A DNA stretch of 55,698 nucleotides from a virus (Duplodnaviria > Caudoviricetes): positions 1-55,698 of the IMG/VR virus record IMGVR_UViG_3300030329_001268; one strand, 5' to 3'. The position numbers and the translations under genes are program-made. The notes beneath the pieces were generated by a model, which worked only from the letters and a program-made list of their open reading frames with translations, was not told the DNA's origin and did no database searches. Of this stretch, positions 53,962 to 55,698 are shown in pieces. The number at the start of each line of letters is the position of its first letter. Within the stretch, counting starts at the first letter, position 1.

Positions 53962-55698
53962 TTAATCTTCCTCCCACGAATCGCCATCCCAATATCTAGC
54001 GTTATGCGCAGATCCCGATGCTACTTCTGTTTCAATAATAGAACCAGTGTTTCCTGTTGCAGTACTTCTTTCAAAAACTGTAGTGTTTGTATCAAACGTT
54101 GTAGTTGTACTTTTAGTAGTGTCTGTTGTTTTACTCGTTCCACTTGCTCTACTAGTTGCAGTGCTTTTACTTGTTCCTGTAGCATATGCAGTTTGAAAGG
54201 CAGTAGTAGTATTTTTACTAGTTGCAGTTGCTTTACTAGTTGCAGTTGCAAAAGCAGTTGTAGTAGTTCCTGCTGTGTTTGTTTGGAACGAAGTATCAGT
54301 TGCTTTGCTCGTTCCTGTAGCGCTTGTAGTATCTTTAGTAGTTGCTATTGTTGTATCAGTAGCGGTAGTTTTACTCGTTCCAGTCGCTTTTGAAGTATCA
54401 TAAGCAGTTGTTGTGTTTGTATCAAATACGCTTGTTGTACTTCTACTTGTTGCTGTAGCGCTTGATGTGTCGTATGTAGTAGTTGTATCAAACGTTGTAG
54501 TAGTGTTTGTTCCTCTACTAGTTCCTGTTGCAATTGCAGTATCCGTATCAAAAGTTGTAGTCGTACCATAAGTAGTTGTAGTATTAGTTGCAATTGTTGT
54601 ATCAGTTGCTGTAGCCTTACTAGTTGCTGTTGCTTTTGAAGTATCATACGTAGTTGTAGTATCAGTATCAAAAGTTGTAGTAGTATTTGTTGCTATTACA
54701 GTGTCTTCGTCTGTTGACTTACTGGTAGCAGTAGCATAAGCAGTTGCAGTATCAAAAGTTGTAGTAGTGTCAAATGATGTAGTAGTGTTTGTTGCTATTA
54801 CAGTGTCTTCATCTGTTGATCTACTTGTGCCTGTTGCTTTACTTGTTGCAGTATTGAAACTATAAGTTGTTCCAGTTGTTTTACTTGTATTATAAGTAGT
54901 TGTAGTATTAAAACTATACGTTGTTCCAGTATCTCTACTTGTTCCAGTATTTTTGCTTGTTCCTTTACTAGTATTAAATGTAGTCGTTCTGCTTGTATTA
55001 AATGTAGTAGACCTGCTTGTATTATATGTTGTTGACCTACTCGTATTAAATGTTGTAGTTTTGCTTGTATTAAAAGTATAACTAGTATTCCTAGATCCAG
55101 AGGTACTCTTAGTTCCTGAAGTTGCTGTACTAAAACTATAACTTGTATTAAAACTGTATGTAGTATTTCTACTTCCTGATGTGCTAGTACTTTTAGTTCC
55201 TGATGTCGAAGTTGATCTTGAAGTACTATTACTCAGTTGGTTATTTTTTCCGTAATACGTTGTCCAGGTTGTCGTTGTATTAAAACTATATCCTGTATTA
55301 GTGTTAAAACTGTATGAAGTACTTCTGCTTCCTGATGTACTTGTTGTGCCTGATGTTGTGGTATTAAAACTATATCCTGTATTAAAACTGTAACTTGTAG
55401 ATTTACTTCCTGACGTATTAAACGTAGTTGTTCTACTTGTATTATATGTAGTATTTCTACTTGTATTAAACGTAGTTGTTCTACTTGTATTATATGTTGT
55501 CGACCTACTTGTGTTATATGTAGTATTAAACGAAGTAGTTGTATTAAACGAAGTAGTAGTGTTTGTAGCACCGCTAGTTGCTGTAGACTTACTTGTATTA
55601 TACGTAGTTGTCGTATTCGTATCGCCTGATGTTGCTGTATCAAAAGTCGTTGTAGTATCAAACGAAGTTGTAGTCGCAGTACCATACGCTGTTTCAGT
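53962..55698 (-). CDS. 3' part (578 codons) of the Thr/Ser-rich self-complementary fibre protein; not in the ORF track
   Basis: Stop-free frame from 55698 (TETAYGTATTTSFDTTTTFD...) to ...SAHNARYWDGDSWEED-TAA. Same repeat grammar as 1-271. Confidence 0.9.
   Translation of the reverse strand, partial: TETAYGTATTTSFDTTTTFDTATSGDTNTTTTYNTSKSTATSGATNTTTSFNTTTSFNTTYNTSRSTTYNTSRTTTFNTSRNTTYNTSRTTTFNTSGSKSTSYSFNTGYSFNTTTSGTTSTSGSRSTSYSFNTNTGYSFNTTTTWTTYYGKNNQLSNSTSRSTSTSGTKSTSTSGSRNTTYSFNTSYSFSTATSGTKSTSGSRNTSYTFNTSKTTTFNTSRSTTYNTSRSTTFNTSRTTTFNTSKGTSKNTGTSRDTGTTYSFNTTTTYNTSKTTGTTYSFNTATSKATGTSRSTDEDTVIATNTTTSFDTTTTFDTATAYATATSKSTDEDTVIATNTTTTFDTDTTTTYDTSKATATSKATATDTTIATNTTTTYGTTTTFDTDTAIATGTSRGTNTTTTFDTTTTYDTSSATATSRSTTSVFDTNTTTAYDTSKATGTSKTTATDTTIATTKDTTSATGTSKATDTSFQTNTAGTTTTAFATATSKATATSKNTTTAFQTAYATGTSKSTATSRASGTSKTTDTTKSTTTTFDTNTTVFERSTATGNTGSIIETEVASGSAHNARYWDGDSWEED

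Noticed and set aside
54004-55685. Listed ORFs 54004+, 54021-, 54345- and 55233- (Cys/Ser- or Leu/Gln-rich)
   Set aside because: Off-frame or antisense shadows of the Thr-codon repeat. The real frame is the unlisted stop-free one ending at 53962.
1-55698. Exact circular closure of the contig
   Set aside because: A direct join shifts the frame and gives AAC TGA. No terminal overlap is visible, so sequence is missing.
54800-55698. DNA inverted repeat or RNA hairpin as the cause of the protein symmetry
   Set aside because: Both arms are rich in ACN codons on the same strand. Paired codons are not reverse complements.
53962-55698. Ice-nucleation or antifreeze beta-solenoid
   Set aside because: TxT motifs are present, but there is no fixed coil period or regular turn residues. 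Mirror pairing explains the pattern better. Ice binding is not excluded.

Overview
A near-complete genome of an AT-rich, probably marine, tailed dsDNA phage with podovirus-type structural genes. It has a T7-like replication module but no RNA polymerase or integrase, and it uses consensus sigma70 promoters. Two gene arms diverge from a non-coding control region (15470-16227) that probably holds the genome termini. The + arm (16228-33714) carries early genes, a cytosine methyltransferase split into three parts, SSB, primase-helicase, PolA, nucleases, class II RNR and a JmjC/glycosyltransferase/radical-SAM/SDR/GT29 cluster. The - arm carries TerS, two glyco-enzymes, TerL, portal, scaffold, capsid, tail tube proteins and a tail fibre. 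It then continues across the contig ends into ejection proteins, a 2730-aa internal virion protein, a holin, Hsp20 and a three-gene secreted-protein cassette. The main finding is a Thr/Ser-rich gene missing from the ORF track and split across the two contig ends (271..1 and 55698..53962). Its protein has residue-by-residue mirror complementarity (aromatic opposite K/R, F opposite G, N/D opposite S) around one apex. This predicts a single antiparallel beta-hairpin of about 385 residue pairs and about 593 nt of unassembled sequence. All calls come from reading motifs by eye; no database searches were run.
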